Assembly: GCA_031414595.1 (NCBI GenBank)
Contig: JANNVX010000100.1
Span: forward strand, 1-62,391
Length of the DNA stretch: 62,391 bases
Reading direction: 5' to 3'
Source: Deinococcales bacterium
GTDB taxonomy: Bacteria; Deinococcota; Deinococci; Deinococcales; JAAFIG01
The notes beneath the pieces are model-generated. The model was not told the DNA's origin. It worked only from the letters and a program-made list of their open reading frames with translations, and did no database searches. The translations under genes and the position numbers were made by a program. Numbering within the stretch: the first letter of the stretch is position 1; each line of letters begins with the position of its first letter. Positions 10,537-20,947 of this stretch are shown piece by piece.

Positions 10537-12576
10537 TTACGGCACGCAAATAACATTTCTGACAATTACGGATTTACGTCCTTCGTTTAGCTGCGGGTCT
10601 TTAGCTACCAAAGTGATGCGAATACTGCCGTTGTACCCATTTAAGCAATTCAAACCCAATACAGCCGTTAAATTCACTTGACCGTTAATGTTGGGTGTTA
10701 GGGCAACATCTGAGCCAAAATTTGTGGCGGTGTTGTTGCCAAAGGCAGCCAACCAAGATAAGGTTACGGGGTCGCCGGCTGGGTCGGTGGCACTGCCTGC
10801 TAAGGTCACGAAGCCATTATTAGGTACAACCGTTGTGGCTGTCGGACTTGAGATATTGACTGGATTTGGTGGCGGATTGGCTGGCGTGGGTAAAACATTG
10901 ACCACAACGGTTTGTGAATTACTCAGTCCTTGAGGGTCTGTGGCAGTGATGGTTAAAGTACGTGTTCCAGCGCTCGAGAATACTTTGCTGATTTCACAAC
11001 CTGTTTGCGGGAAAGGGTCGGCGGAATTTGAACTTGTCCAAGTAATATTTGAGCAAGCCAAAGCGTCGTTGGGTTCGTTGATGTCCCTGGCATTTGCCGA
11101 GAAGCCATAACTGAGTGTCTGGTAAATCACCGAAGTGCTGCTTGGGTCAGAAATATTTAATTCTGGGGCGGTATTGACGACGTTAATTGCCTTAGCGCGG
11201 CTGGTCGTTTCGCCGTTGGAATCTCGGACACTCAAGGTGATGGTGCGTGTGCCAACGGTGGTAAAGGCTTTACTGGTTTCTCGAGTGGCAGCAATTGCGC
11301 CGTCAGCCGCTAAACTCGAAGTCCAAGTGTAGGTTAGATTCGTCCCATCTTCTAAATCGCTGGCGTTGCTCGAGAAAAAGGTAGTTCGGTTCAGGTTGCT
11401 TATGTCCAAGACAGTAAAATCGGTAATGCTTGGTGGACTGTTCGGCGAAGCGTAAATTGGATAACGGGTTTCAAAAATACGGGTATCGTAGCTTTTGTCG
11501 ATGCCCCATTTATCAATTTTGACCCCTATGTCAATGCCAATACCCGCATCGAGCTTAAAAAATGGTTTACGTGGTATCTGGGCATCGAGTGCCAGAAAAA
11601 TCTCTGGGCGAATAAATAAGCCTACGCTTTCGTAAAGCAGCAACTCGAGCGTAACGTTGGCAAAGGCTTCGGTGTTCAGGGCAGCTTTGACGGTACTGGA
11701 GTCAATGCTAAAATCTTTGGTAAAACCACTCAGGTTTGTCCATTCTTCGTCGTATTTTGCACCAGCCGTAATAACCATCACTTGGGTCACTTCGACATCC
11801 ACTTCGCCGGTGGCAGAACCACGCACTCCAATGGTTAATTTTATGATTGGGCGGATAACAACCGGTATTGGACCGATTGAAAAAGTAATTGGTCTAAACC
11901 GAATTGTGCCAATATCCACTGATTTATTGAACGAATAGACTACTTTGCCTTTTAAGGACAACCCAGATTGTTGGGTAAATTTGGCTTCGGCTAAAAAATC
12001 AAAATCGGGTGGGAAAATATCAATATCCCAGTCAAAGCGGGTGGTTAGCTTAAAATCAACATAGCCTTTGAGAACCACTTGGTCTTCTTTGGTGTCAGGG
12101 TTGCTGTCCTTATCAAACAGTACCTTATCAAACTTAAAAGTCGGATTGGTTGGTGCGGCTTGGGTGACAATTTCTACCCCACTGGTCAGGCTGCTACTTT
12201 CAATATCGGCATTGGTTAAATCCCGAGTGGCTTGCAATTTGCCTTTTTGGATTGCTTCACGCAACGTGGCTGGAGCAGTCTCGAGAATCGTTTTACCATT
12301 TTCGGTTTTAACTGCCATTACTTTTCGTAAAAAACCATTTGGGGCGCTAACAGTTGGCGCACTGACGATAACATCGCCAGTTGCCATGGTTTGCGCTCCT
12401 GCAAAGGTCAGGCTGTTGGGCTGGACTGTCTCGAGGGCGGTTTGACTGGCAGGACTCAGCACTTTGGTGGTGCTTGGAATAATCACTTCGGGCGGTATAA
12501 CTGGGGGGGTAACACAAGCGACAATACTGCCACTGAGTCCAAAAATCACAAGGGCATGTCTTAACCAGTGTTTCAT
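10537..12576 (-). CDS. Lipoprotein with C-terminal PKD/Ig-like domains
   Basis: Lipobox IVAC; ASDLEDG..YTWTSS and GTRTITLSVRDS PKD-like repeats. Confidence 0.75.
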   Translation of the reverse strand: MKHWLRHALVIFGLSGSIVACVTPPVIPPEVIIPSTTKVLSPASQTALETVQPNSLTFAGAQTMATGDVIVSAPTVSAPNGFLRKVMAVKTENGKTILETAPATLREAIQKGKLQATRDLTNADIESSSLTSGVEIVTQAAPTNPTFKFDKVLFDKDSNPDTKEDQVVLKGYVDFKLTTRFDWDIDIFPPDFDFLAEAKFTQQSGLSLKGKVVYSFNKSVDIGTIRFRPITFSIGPIPVVIRPIIKLTIGVRGSATGEVDVEVTQVMVITAGAKYDEEWTNLSGFTKDFSIDSSTVKAALNTEAFANVTLELLLYESVGLFIRPEIFLALDAQIPRKPFFKLDAGIGIDIGVKIDKWGIDKSYDTRIFETRYPIYASPNSPPSITDFTVLDISNLNRTTFFSSNASDLEDGTNLTYTWTSSLAADGAIAATRETSKAFTTVGTRTITLSVRDSNGETTSRAKAINVVNTAPELNISDPSSTSVIYQTLSYGFSANARDINEPNDALACSNITWTSSNSADPFPQTGCEISKVFSSAGTRTLTITATDPQGLSNSQTVVVNVLPTPANPPPNPVNISSPTATTVVPNNGFVTLAGSATDPAGDPVTLSWLAAFGNNTATNFGSDVALTPNINGQVNLTAVLGLNCLNGYNGSIRITLVAKDPQLNEGRKSVIVRNVICVP

Positions 12577-12619
12577 GTTTGCTCCTTTACGAATCACGCC
12601 GATCATTTTGAATTCGGGC

Positions 12620-12658
12620 TGTCCTAATTCCTAGAGCCGATGTCCTAAAATGTCCCAA
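12620..12658. promoter_or_regulatory. TGTCC(T/C)AA direct repeats, candidate NarL-type regulator binding sites
   Basis: Copies at 12620, 12641 and 12651 in the divergent promoter region. Confidence 0.5.
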
Positions 12659-12703
12659 GCGCTCATCACTACTTCTTGGGCATTACGTGGCGTACAGTTT
12701 GAT

Positions 12704-14860
12704 ATGGTGCAATCGCTCGAGCCAAAAACCAGCCAGTTGGGTTTTGCGGTGGCTCGAGTCGCTTGGTTGTGGCTGGTTGCCTTAATGCTGGTTTTAATCA
12801 CGCTTTTTGCAACTTATTTCTGGCATTGGGCGCAAGTTAAGCCGTGTTACTTGGAAAATTGCAGCCTGATGCTCGAGTGGTTTAAGAACAACAATTTTCC
12901 AGTGCAAATCTATGGGCTGCTGTACCTGATTGCTTTGGTTTTACCCGCCCTCATTTGGATTGGTCTGGGCATCTGGATTTTTCTGGCACAACCAAGATTA
13001 GTTTGGAGTTTGGTGTTCTCAATCGTTTTTATTTTGGGTTGGTATGGCGAAATTAACCAACAGTACATTCGTGGTTCTTTGCCAGATGTTATCAATTTTA
13101 ATCTCGAGATTTTTGGTTTTGGGGCTGTAGCAAAAGACCCACAAACCATTATTTTTAGTAATTATCTGCGTGGAATTCTTAAAATGTTAGCCGATAATCT
13201 GCTGCTGCTTTTGGTTTTTGCTTTTCCCAGTGGGCGTTTAAGACCACCTTGGACAATTGGGTTTTTGCTTTTTATTGGCATATTATCGCTTGGTTATTCG
13301 TTGCCATTTTTGCGCCAAACCAATTGGAATTATACCAACTGGGGGTTTCCTTGGGCGTACCTGCTTAATTTAGGCTGGCTGGCTGGGCTTATTTGGGGAT
13401 TTTGGTTAAGTTACTCAGGGCGCGACCAACTCGAGCAGCGCCAATTTCAAGCTGTTTTTCCGGTTTTATTGGTCAATATGGTTTTGTACGGCGCAATCAA
13501 TGTCGTGCAGTGGTTTGTGATACCGCACCTATTCTTCAGTCCAGAAGCAATGCAAATTATTGTGCCGTGGATACTGCTTTTTAATAAATACTTAAATGGT
13601 CTTGCGATGATTTGGTTGGCGGTGGTGGTAGCCCAAACGATTGTCCATCAACAGCTTTTTGATATTCGTTTTGTACTGAACCGAGCCGTGGCTTTTACTG
13701 CCTTATTTTTGAGCAGCGCCCTGATTTATGGCTTAATCATTGGTGGTTTGGGATCGTTGTTTCGTCAATCTGATGTCTGGTTATCTATTTTAGCCACAGG
13801 TATTATTGCGGTTTTGTTTCATCCAATGCTGGTAATTTTTAGAGCCTTTGCCAATAAATTATTTTATGGCGAACGCCACGACCCGTACCGTGCCATTTCT
13901 AATCTTGGGCGGCAACTCGAGGCAGTGGTCAAACCCGATGATTTGGCACTCACAATCGTGCAAACAGTCTCTAGTACCCTGCGCTTACCCTATGTGGCAC
14001 TGACCACTAATCAAGCAACGGTCGCCATCGGCGTTCCAATCGGGCAGATTCTCGAGTTTCCAATGCTGGTTAAAGGACAAAACATTGGTGCGTTATTGGT
14101 CTCGAGTCGGTTTATTGGCGATTCGTTTAGTAAGGCAGAAATGCGTTTACTCGAGGATTTGGCGGCTCGGGCGGCTGCCAGTGTCCAAGATGCGCTGCTG
14201 ACCCAAGAAGTTCAAGCCAGTAAAGAAGCCATCGTTTTTGCCCGAGAAGAAGAACGCAAACGTATTCGCCGCGATTTACACGATGGCTTAGGTCCAGCCT
14301 TAGCCAGTTTATCCATGAACCTACAAATATCCAAGCAGTTTATTCTTAAAAACCCTACTCGAGCCGAAGAAATGGTGGTCGCCTCGGCGCAAAGTGTGCA
14401 GGATGCGATGGCGGATATTCGCCGTTTGGTTTATGACCTGCGCCCGCCCGCCCTCGATGACCTTGGTTTAGAAGGAGCGCTGCGGCAACAAATCGGGCAG
14501 ATGCTTGGTATCAGCACCCAAATTCATATCTCGCCGCTCGAGTCGCTGCCCGCCGCCATCGAAGTGGCAATTTACCGAATCACCTGCGAGGCTTTGAATA
14601 ACATTGCTAAACACGCCCAAGCCAGTCAAGTTCAATTTAATCTTTACCAAGACCAAACGGGTGTGCTGCTCGAGATTACTGATAATGGGATTGGGTTACA
14701 TGCGCCTAATGGGATTGGGTTTTTTGAAACTCGAGTTGGTGGGCTTGGGCTGCATTCGATGCGCGAAAGAGCCGTAGAACTTGGTGGAAAATTCGAGCTT
14801 GAAACACAAAATGGCACTCGAGTCTTGGCTTGGCTGCCTGTGCGAAAGGATAAAACATGA
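12704..14860 (+). CDS. Membrane sensor histidine kinase, HisKA_3 type with GAF-like region
   Basis: Many TM helices; ERKRIRRDLHDGLG H-box; EALNNIAKHA; DNGIG; GLGLHSMRERA. Start may be 12650. Confidence 0.92.
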   Translation: MVQSLEPKTSQLGFAVARVAWLWLVALMLVLITLFATYFWHWAQVKPCYLENCSLMLEWFKNNNFPVQIYGLLYLIALVLPALIWIGLGIWIFLAQPRLVWSLVFSIVFILGWYGEINQQYIRGSLPDVINFNLEIFGFGAVAKDPQTIIFSNYLRGILKMLADNLLLLLVFAFPSGRLRPPWTIGFLLFIGILSLGYSLPFLRQTNWNYTNWGFPWAYLLNLGWLAGLIWGFWLSYSGRDQLEQRQFQAVFPVLLVNMVLYGAINVVQWFVIPHLFFSPEAMQIIVPWILLFNKYLNGLAMIWLAVVVAQTIVHQQLFDIRFVLNRAVAFTALFLSSALIYGLIIGGLGSLFRQSDVWLSILATGIIAVLFHPMLVIFRAFANKLFYGERHDPYRAISNLGRQLEAVVKPDDLALTIVQTVSSTLRLPYVALTTNQATVAIGVPIGQILEFPMLVKGQNIGALLVSSRFIGDSFSKAEMRLLEDLAARAAASVQDALLTQEVQASKEAIVFAREEERKRIRRDLHDGLGPALASLSMNLQISKQFILKNPTRAEEMVVASAQSVQDAMADIRRLVYDLRPPALDDLGLEGALRQQIGQMLGISTQIHISPLESLPAAIEVAIYRITCEALNNIAKHAQASQVQFNLYQDQTGVLLEITDNGIGLHAPNGIGFFETRVGGLGLHSMRERAVELGGKFELETQNGTRVLAWLPVRKDKT

Positions 14861-15501
14861 ACGATATTGGTGTTTTAATCGTGGATGACCACTTGATTCT
14901 GCGTAGTGGTCTGCGCTTACTGCTCGAGTCCGAAACGGGTATCGAAATCATTGCCGATGCTGCCAGTGCCGAAGATGGGCTGCGTTTAGCCTCCGAACTG
15001 CAACCCGATGTGATTTTAATGGACATTCAATTGCCCAATATGAACGGTATCGAAGCCACCAGACGAATAAAAAGCACCAACCCCAGAATTCAAATTTTAA
15101 TGCTGACGATGTTCCAAGACGACGACAGTGTTTTTGCGGCGATTCGGGCTGGCGCTCAAGGCTACTTATTAAAAGGTGCAAGCCAAGAAGAAATTGCCCA
15201 AGCCATACGCGGTGTGGCACGCGGCGAGGCTGTATTTGGGGCTGGGGTAGCCTCTCGGGTCTTAACCTATTTTGCCGCCAACCGACCAATGGCTGCGCCC
15301 TTGTTTCCAGAACTGACGGCTCGAGAACGCGAAATCCTTGAGTTGATCGCCCAGCACGCTACAAACTCCACGATTGCGACAAGGCTTGAGTTAAGCCCCA
15401 AAACAGTTCGCAACTATGTCTCGAATATCATCTCGAAGTTACAAGTTGCGAGCCGTTCTGAAGCCATCTGGGTGGCAAAAAATGCAGGTATTGGTTTATA
15501 A
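14857..15501 (+). CDS. NarL/LuxR-family response regulator
   Basis: IVDDH, DVILMDI receiver; LTAREREIL...[12 protein letters not shown]. Confidence 0.95.
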   Translation: MNDIGVLIVDDHLILRSGLRLLLESETGIEIIADAASAEDGLRLASELQPDVILMDIQLPNMNGIEATRRIKSTNPRIQILMLTMFQDDDSVFAAIRAGAQGYLLKGASQEEIAQAIRGVARGEAVFGAGVASRVLTYFAANRPMAAPLFPELTAREREILELIAQHATNSTIATRLELSPKTVRNYVSNIISKLQVASRSEAIWVAKNAGIGL

Positions 15502-16461
15502 GGCTAGGGTTTTTGCCAGTTCACGCAACTCGAGCGAAACATCTTTGCGTTTTGTCCATGTATCTTTGAGCGGCACATGAACAATGCTGCCAGCCACCAC
15601 CCCAATCATCACGTCGTTTTTACCAGCAATCAGGGCTTCGACTGCCCCGTACCCCATCTGTGAAGCCAAAATTCGGTCACGGGCGCTGGGGCTGCCGCCG
15701 CGTTGCACATGACCAAGAATACTGACCCTTGCGTCTAAGCCAGTCGCCGCCGAAATTGCTTCCATGACTTTAATGCCGCCGCCTTCGTAGCCTTCGGCAA
15801 CCACAATAATGCTTGAGGTTTTACCTTTGGCGGCACTGGCACGAACAATTTCCACGACTTGCTCGAGCGTTTCGGGGCGTTCTGGAATCAGAACATCTTC
15901 TGCGCCGCCAGCAATGCCAACATCCAAAGCAATAAAACCAGCGTGTCTGCCCATGACTTCAATGATGAAAAGCCGTTCGTGGCTGGCGGCGGTGTCGCGG
16001 ATTCGGTCGATGGCTTGCAAGGCAGTGTTGACGGCTGTGTCGTAGCCAATCGTGTAATCTGTGCCGTACAAGTCGTTGTCTATTGTGCCGGGTACGCCAA
16101 TGACTGGAAAACCCTGTTCTTCGGACAGAAAGTGCGCCCCGTGGAAACTACCATCGCCGCCAATCACCACCAAGCCTTCGATGCCCGCGTTTCGTAAGTG
16201 CTGGGCAGCTTGGGCGCGTCCTTCGGCGGTTATAAATGGTTTGCAACGGGCAGTTAATAAAATTGTGCCACCGCGTTGAATCGTGTTGGCGACATCTCGA
16301 GCGCCGAGTTTGGTGAATTCGCCTTCCATCATGCCGGCATAACCGCGTTTGACTCCCATCACTTCGATACCATGTGCAGTTGCGGTGCGTACCACAGCCC
16401 GAACCGCAGCATTCATGCCGGGTGCGTCGCCTCCACTGGTTAAAACTCCGATTCGTTTCAT
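15496..16461 (-). CDS. pfkA: ATP-dependent 6-phosphofructokinase
   Basis: [41 protein letters not shown]. Confidence 0.97.
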   Translation of the reverse strand: MKRIGVLTSGGDAPGMNAAVRAVVRTATAHGIEVMGVKRGYAGMMEGEFTKLGARDVANTIQRGGTILLTARCKPFITAEGRAQAAQHLRNAGIEGLVVIGGDGSFHGAHFLSEEQGFPVIGVPGTIDNDLYGTDYTIGYDTAVNTALQAIDRIRDTAASHERLFIIEVMGRHAGFIALDVGIAGGAEDVLIPERPETLEQVVEIVRASAAKGKTSSIIVVAEGYEGGGIKVMEAISAATGLDARVSILGHVQRGGSPSARDRILASQMGYGAVEALIAGKNDVMIGVVAGSIVHVPLKDTWTKRKDVSLELRELAKTLAL

Positions 16462-16563
16462 ATTCTCTCCACTAAAACTCGAGGCGCATTGTGACACGTT
16501 GTAGGGTAGCAAATGCAAACGCTCGTTCAGGTTTGAGGCTAAAAGATGATTTTCAAGGTTGCG

Positions 16564-18015
16564 TCAGGGATTGCGGTTAAGTTTTTCTTGGACTTGAGCG
16601 AGCGCATCTCGAGTGAATTGGATATTTTCTGGTATATCTCCGCCTTGAATTCTTATGTCAATAGATTTTACAAATGTTTTCTCTGCTTCCTCGAGACGAC
16701 CAGAATCATGTAATACACGACCAAGTATGTGTAATAGGATTCCACGACTCGTCAATGTATCTCCGCCTTGTTCCGCTAATTCCAAACTGGTTCTAAGTGC
16801 TTTTTCCGCTTCCTCGAGACGACCAGAATCATGCAGCACACGACCCAGATAGTCCATTGTGATTCCACGACTTGTTAATGTATCTCCGCCTCGTTCGGCT
16901 AATTCCAAACTGGTTCTAAATGCTTTTTCTGCTTCCTCGAGACGACCAGAATCATGCAGCACACGACCTAGATAGTCCATTGTGATTCCACGACTTGTTA
17001 ATGAAGCATCATCTTTTTCCTGCCATTCTAAACAGACTCTAAGTGCTTTTTCTGCTTCCTCGAGACGACCAGAATGATGTAGTACCTGACCAAGTGCGTG
17101 CATTGTGATTCCACGACTTGTTAATGAATCCTCACCTTGTTCTGCCCATTCCAAACTGGTTCTAAGTGCTTTTTCTGCTTCTTTGAGACGACCCTGAAGC
17201 ATCAAGGTGATACCAATACCAGTTAAAGAACCTACTTTTTCTAGAACTAAAGCGCCAATCATTTCTTCAATTGCCAGCACTTCTCGAGCTACTGCTTCGG
17301 CTTCGACATATCGTTGTCGGTGCATTAAACCACCATAGGCACGTATTAACATCCGAATTAGCATCTTTTCTTCGCCTTTGACCCCGCGCAATTGTGCAGC
17401 CGTCTCGAGGGCAATGTCTGGGTCAAGTAACGCATCGCTCGAATTGTCTTCTTGTAATACTTGCCTACCCATTTCTAGGGCATTTTCTCGCTGCTCGAGG
17501 CGCAAATCACTTAGCATCACTTCTGGTTTTATGTTCACCAGCATTGAACGGATAGACCACCAATCCTTTGCTGACATTTGCAGCACTTCGTTTGTCCAGA
17601 TGGCTGCCACAATAAAAATTGGGATGTTGTAGCGGCGCATCAGTTCGTCCCGCCGTTCATTGACTCGAGCTACAGCGTACTGCCATGCGCTGCGCCATGC
17701 TTGGTGCTGTGGGTCAAACTTGGTGCTAACACTGGCAAGCCAAATTGCTCCTGCGCCTTCTAGGTTTGCGCCCTCGAGTAACCACGGGGCAAATTGAGCT
17801 TGGAGTTCTTCGGGTGTACCAATTTCGATTTGTTCTAAGCGTTGCCCTTTGGTTTTTAAGAACTGCTCGAGAAGCGAGGCACAGACGCGGGCTGCTCCTG
17901 CATCTGGCACTAATATAATGTTGCTCGAGAAACCTGTGCTTAACTCGAGAAAGTCCAGTAAGTACGACCACTCCTCGGCGGCTTGTTTGCCAAATCGGTG
18001 TTCGAGTTCATTCAT
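16564..18015 (-). CDS. TPR-repeat protein with N-terminal degenerate NTPase-like domain
   Basis: 41-aa TPR units SRGITM..LGRVLHDSGRLEEAEKA.R..LE; N-terminus has VNERRDEL...DWWSIR; start overlaps the ATPase stop. Confidence 0.8.
   Translation of the reverse strand: MNELEHRFGKQAAEEWSYLLDFLELSTGFSSNIILVPDAGAARVCASLLEQFLKTKGQRLEQIEIGTPEELQAQFAPWLLEGANLEGAGAIWLASVSTKFDPQHQAWRSAWQYAVARVNERRDELMRRYNIPIFIVAAIWTNEVLQMSAKDWWSIRSMLVNIKPEVMLSDLRLEQRENALEMGRQVLQEDNSSDALLDPDIALETAAQLRGVKGEEKMLIRMLIRAYGGLMHRQRYVEAEAVAREVLAIEEMIGALVLEKVGSLTGIGITLMLQGRLKEAEKALRTSLEWAEQGEDSLTSRGITMHALGQVLHHSGRLEEAEKALRVCLEWQEKDDASLTSRGITMDYLGRVLHDSGRLEEAEKAFRTSLELAERGGDTLTSRGITMDYLGRVLHDSGRLEEAEKALRTSLELAEQGGDTLTSRGILLHILGRVLHDSGRLEEAEKTFVKSIDIRIQGGDIPENIQFTRDALAQVQEKLNRNP
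16660..17200. repeat. 123-bp tandem coding repeats in the TPR gene
   Basis: GCTTCCTCGAGACGACCAGAAT at 16685, 16808, 16931 and 17054; variant copy at 17177. Confidence 0.9.
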
Positions 18016-19339
18016 TTTCTTTTTGGAGTTCTGCAACGATTCGTTTGGCTTCAGGGAGAATCATTTGGTGTGCATCGTACCATTCGTCGCCGTTTTTGAA
18101 GAACAAAATCATGTGTGAATCAATCAGTAATTTAATACGGTCAATTTCGGCGCTTTCAGGGTTTACGGTGCGGGTTCGGGCAATTTCTTCAATCACAATG
18201 GCTTTACTTTGACTCAAGGGTAAGTAATTATTACGAATTTGACGGGTGGCACTCTCGAGAATGGTTGTTTTGACTGGGAAATTGCGTTGACTACGAACAC
18301 TGGCTTCGTAGACCATGCGAAACAAATCGCGGATGTCTCCACTACTGGCACGAATTAAAATTTCGGCGGCTGCATCTGGGTCTGCGCCGAAGAAACGAGT
18401 CCAGGCGTTTGGTTCAACGGCTTCAAAACGCTTTTTGAGCAGCTTAGTAAGCCTTGCAATGCCTTCTTTTTTCTCGGTACGTTCTGGATTGTTACGCCAG
18501 AGTCGTACTCCTGAAAGCATGGTGGTGTCACCCTCGAGTGGTCTTAAAAATTTAAGCCACGGTGGAATGGTGTAAATCATGTGGACATAAGGTAATGCCA
18601 GTTTTGCTCGGTGATTCTGAAAAATAAATTCAATGCTTTTTTGGACATTTAATTGCGATTGTTCATCTGAGCCTTCGATTTTTTCTAGGTTATCGAAAAT
18701 AAAAATAATTTCTTTGTCACCACGTTCGTCTCGAATTGTTGCGACAACTTGTTCAAAATACCTGCGAATTTCGGAATTGAGTTGTTCTACATGGGTTTCA
18801 AAGGCTTTACGAAAACGGGTGCGGAATGTTTCGTTGCCTTTTAGTTCTAAGTTGACACTGGCAAAGTCCATACTCAAACCAAGTTCGGTTATTTTTACAT
18901 CGGTTCGTTTTAGGTAATCGGTTAGCCTATCCCACAAGTCCTTGAGTTTACTTTCGGGATTTTTGACAAAGCCTCCAAAAGCAACAGCAATGGTGTAGAG
19001 CAAATCAGTAATATTGATTGGTGCATTTTTGGAGATAAATTGGTTTGCATCGGCGTAAAGGGCAATGTAACCTTCTGCCTCGAGTTTACCCACCAATTGA
19101 TTTAAGAGTGTACTTTTGCCTGAGCCACGAAAGCCAGAAAAAAACTGAATGCTTTCTCTGGTGATTTGATTGGCTCGGATTCGCTCGAGCATGGATTCGG
19201 TTGGTTCGATATACCCATCTTCGTCATCAGGGTACGGTTCGTAAAGCGGCACGTACAATTTACTATGCGCCTCGAGTGGTTTCTCGGGTTTTAATTGCAC
19301 AGTCAGGTGTTGCAAAAATTCCAAATCGGTGTACGGCAT
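18008..19339 (-). CDS. P-loop ATPase (AAA+/STAND/KAP-like)
   Basis: Walker A GFRGSGKST, Walker B IFIFDNLEK, GDIRDL; C-terminal FKNGDEWYDAH. Confidence 0.8.
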   Translation of the reverse strand: MPYTDLEFLQHLTVQLKPEKPLEAHSKLYVPLYEPYPDDEDGYIEPTESMLERIRANQITRESIQFFSGFRGSGKSTLLNQLVGKLEAEGYIALYADANQFISKNAPINITDLLYTIAVAFGGFVKNPESKLKDLWDRLTDYLKRTDVKITELGLSMDFASVNLELKGNETFRTRFRKAFETHVEQLNSEIRRYFEQVVATIRDERGDKEIIFIFDNLEKIEGSDEQSQLNVQKSIEFIFQNHRAKLALPYVHMIYTIPPWLKFLRPLEGDTTMLSGVRLWRNNPERTEKKEGIARLTKLLKKRFEAVEPNAWTRFFGADPDAAAEILIRASSGDIRDLFRMVYEASVRSQRNFPVKTTILESATRQIRNNYLPLSQSKAIVIEEIARTRTVNPESAEIDRIKLLIDSHMILFFKNGDEWYDAHQMILPEAKRIVAELQKENE

Positions 19340-19364
19340 AAAAACATAATACTCGAGAAAGCCC

Positions 19365-20192
19365 TCATGACCCAAGTTCAGATACGACTTTCAGGGCTAA
19401 GTCATAGGCAGCATTGCGCTCGAGTCCAAGTTGTTGCAATTTGGCTCGGATTTCTTTGACCCGCAGTCCAGCCTTGGCATACTCAAGGGCTTTTGAACCA
19501 TAATCGAGGCTAGGCTCGAGCGAAACCATGTTTGGCGCTAAGACCAGGACAATTTCGCCTTTGACTTCGCCGCTAAAGTGTGTGGCAGTAGCCTCGAGTG
19601 TACCGCGATAAATTTCTTCGTGCAGTTTAGAAAGTTCTCGAGCCACGGCGCAAGCTCGAGCCGAACCGCACAAGGCACTTAACTCGAGCAGCGTGGCGTG
19701 TAAGCGGTGTGGGTTTTCATATAAGACACTGGTGATGTTTGAAACACTGATTTCCTCGAGTCGCTCAGTCCGCTCACGCCCAGAGCGCGGCAAGAACCCA
19801 TGAAAAGTAAAACGTCCACTGGGTAAGCCCGACAAGGTAATGGCGGGAATCAGGGCATTTGCACCAGGTAGAGCCTCAATGCGAATGCCAAGCTCGAGCG
19901 CAATGCTGACCAGTTCCGCCCCGGGGTCAGAGAGTCCGGGGCTGCCAGCGTCGGACACAAATGCCACACGGGGGTATTTCTCGAGGACAGACTTGCCGCG
20001 CTCTAACATCGTGTGGGCATCTAAACGCTCGAGCGGTTTATGAATTCCAAAGTGTTGTAATAATCTGCCAGAGTGACGGGTGTCCTCACAGGCGATACAA
20101 TCAACGTTTTTAAGCGTCTCGAGGGCGCGTAGTGTGATGTCGCCAAGATTGCCGATGGGGGTGGGGACAAGATAGACGATGCGTTCAGTCAT
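19365..20192 (-). CDS. rsmI: 16S rRNA C1402 2'-O-methyltransferase
   Basis: VPTPIGNLGDITLRA, CEDTR, SDAGSPGLSDPG, ARELSKLHEE. Confidence 0.95.
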   Translation of the reverse strand: MTERIVYLVPTPIGNLGDITLRALETLKNVDCIACEDTRHSGRLLQHFGIHKPLERLDAHTMLERGKSVLEKYPRVAFVSDAGSPGLSDPGAELVSIALELGIRIEALPGANALIPAITLSGLPSGRFTFHGFLPRSGRERTERLEEISVSNITSVLYENPHRLHATLLELSALCGSARACAVARELSKLHEEIYRGTLEATATHFSGEVKGEIVLVLAPNMVSLEPSLDYGSKALEYAKAGLRVKEIRAKLQQLGLERNAAYDLALKVVSELGS

Positions 20193-20374
20193 GTGGTCGG
20201 GCTTGGACGTAGTGGAATTCGGGCTGGTTTCTTTTTAGGTGCAAAAGCACTGGTGATTGTGGCACGTACCAGTTCACCGTCGCCTACGGTCACAGTCACA
20301 ATTGCGCCTTCTGGTAATTTGCCGCGCTCGAGGACAATCACGCCATCTTTGACCACACCACGATAAGCCTTCAT
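20189..20374 (-). CDS. Small hypothetical protein (AbrB/DUF104-like beta-hairpin start)
   Basis: MKAYRGVVKDGVIVL..LPEGAIVTV; ATGA overlap with the rsmI start. Confidence 0.65.
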   Translation of the reverse strand: MKAYRGVVKDGVIVLERGKLPEGAIVTVTVGDGELVRATITSAFAPKKKPARIPLRPSPTT

Positions 20375-20467
20375 GGTTTTATTCTAGCAGTTCTTGGGTG
20401 TGGCTCGGTGAGTTTTGGCTCAATTTGGTCTTTTGACCAAGAAAAATAGCTGTCGGTCGGTTACGAT

Positions 20468-20947
20468 GTGACTATGGAAGAAGTCAATCAGCGTTTGTTG
20501 CAAGAACGTGCTAAGCGTCTAGCCAAAGAGAGTGTGCAGGATAATGAAATCCCTCTCGAGATGGTGCTTTTACATGTCGGTGGCGAACAATATGCGCTTG
20601 AATTAACACGCTTAAAAGCAGTTTTGCCTGCCGAAATCACAACCTTGCCACTTGCGCCGCGTTCGGTGGCAGGGGTGATGAATGTGCGTGGTGAGATTGT
20701 CAGTGTGCTTGATTTGGCGGCTTTACTTAAATTTGAACGCGACGAAAAAGCAGTGGCTTCGGTGGTTTTGACCGAAACCAAGTTTGGTTCGATAGGTCTG
20801 AGGATTACAGGTGTTCCAGAGTTGTATCAGGCGTTTTTAAGTCAGTTGTCGCCCGCTCTGTCGGGGCGTGATTCAGTTAAGGGTGTCTTTAATGGGCGGG
20901 TGGCTTGGCTTGATGTGGATGCGCTTTGTGGTGGTTTGGATTTATGA
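20468..20947 (+). CDS. cheW: CheW-like adaptor
   Basis: [10 protein letters not shown]...[27 protein letters not shown]. Confidence 0.88.
   Translation: MTMEEVNQRLLQERAKRLAKESVQDNEIPLEMVLLHVGGEQYALELTRLKAVLPAEITTLPLAPRSVAGVMNVRGEIVSVLDLAALLKFERDEKAVASVVLTETKFGSIGLRITGVPELYQAFLSQLSPALSGRDSVKGVFNGRVAWLDVDALCGGLDL

Noticed and set aside
16660-17200. Regularly spaced repeats as CRISPR or a DGR template
   Set aside because: In-frame 123-bp coding TPR units; no reverse transcriptase and no evident adenine-specific variation
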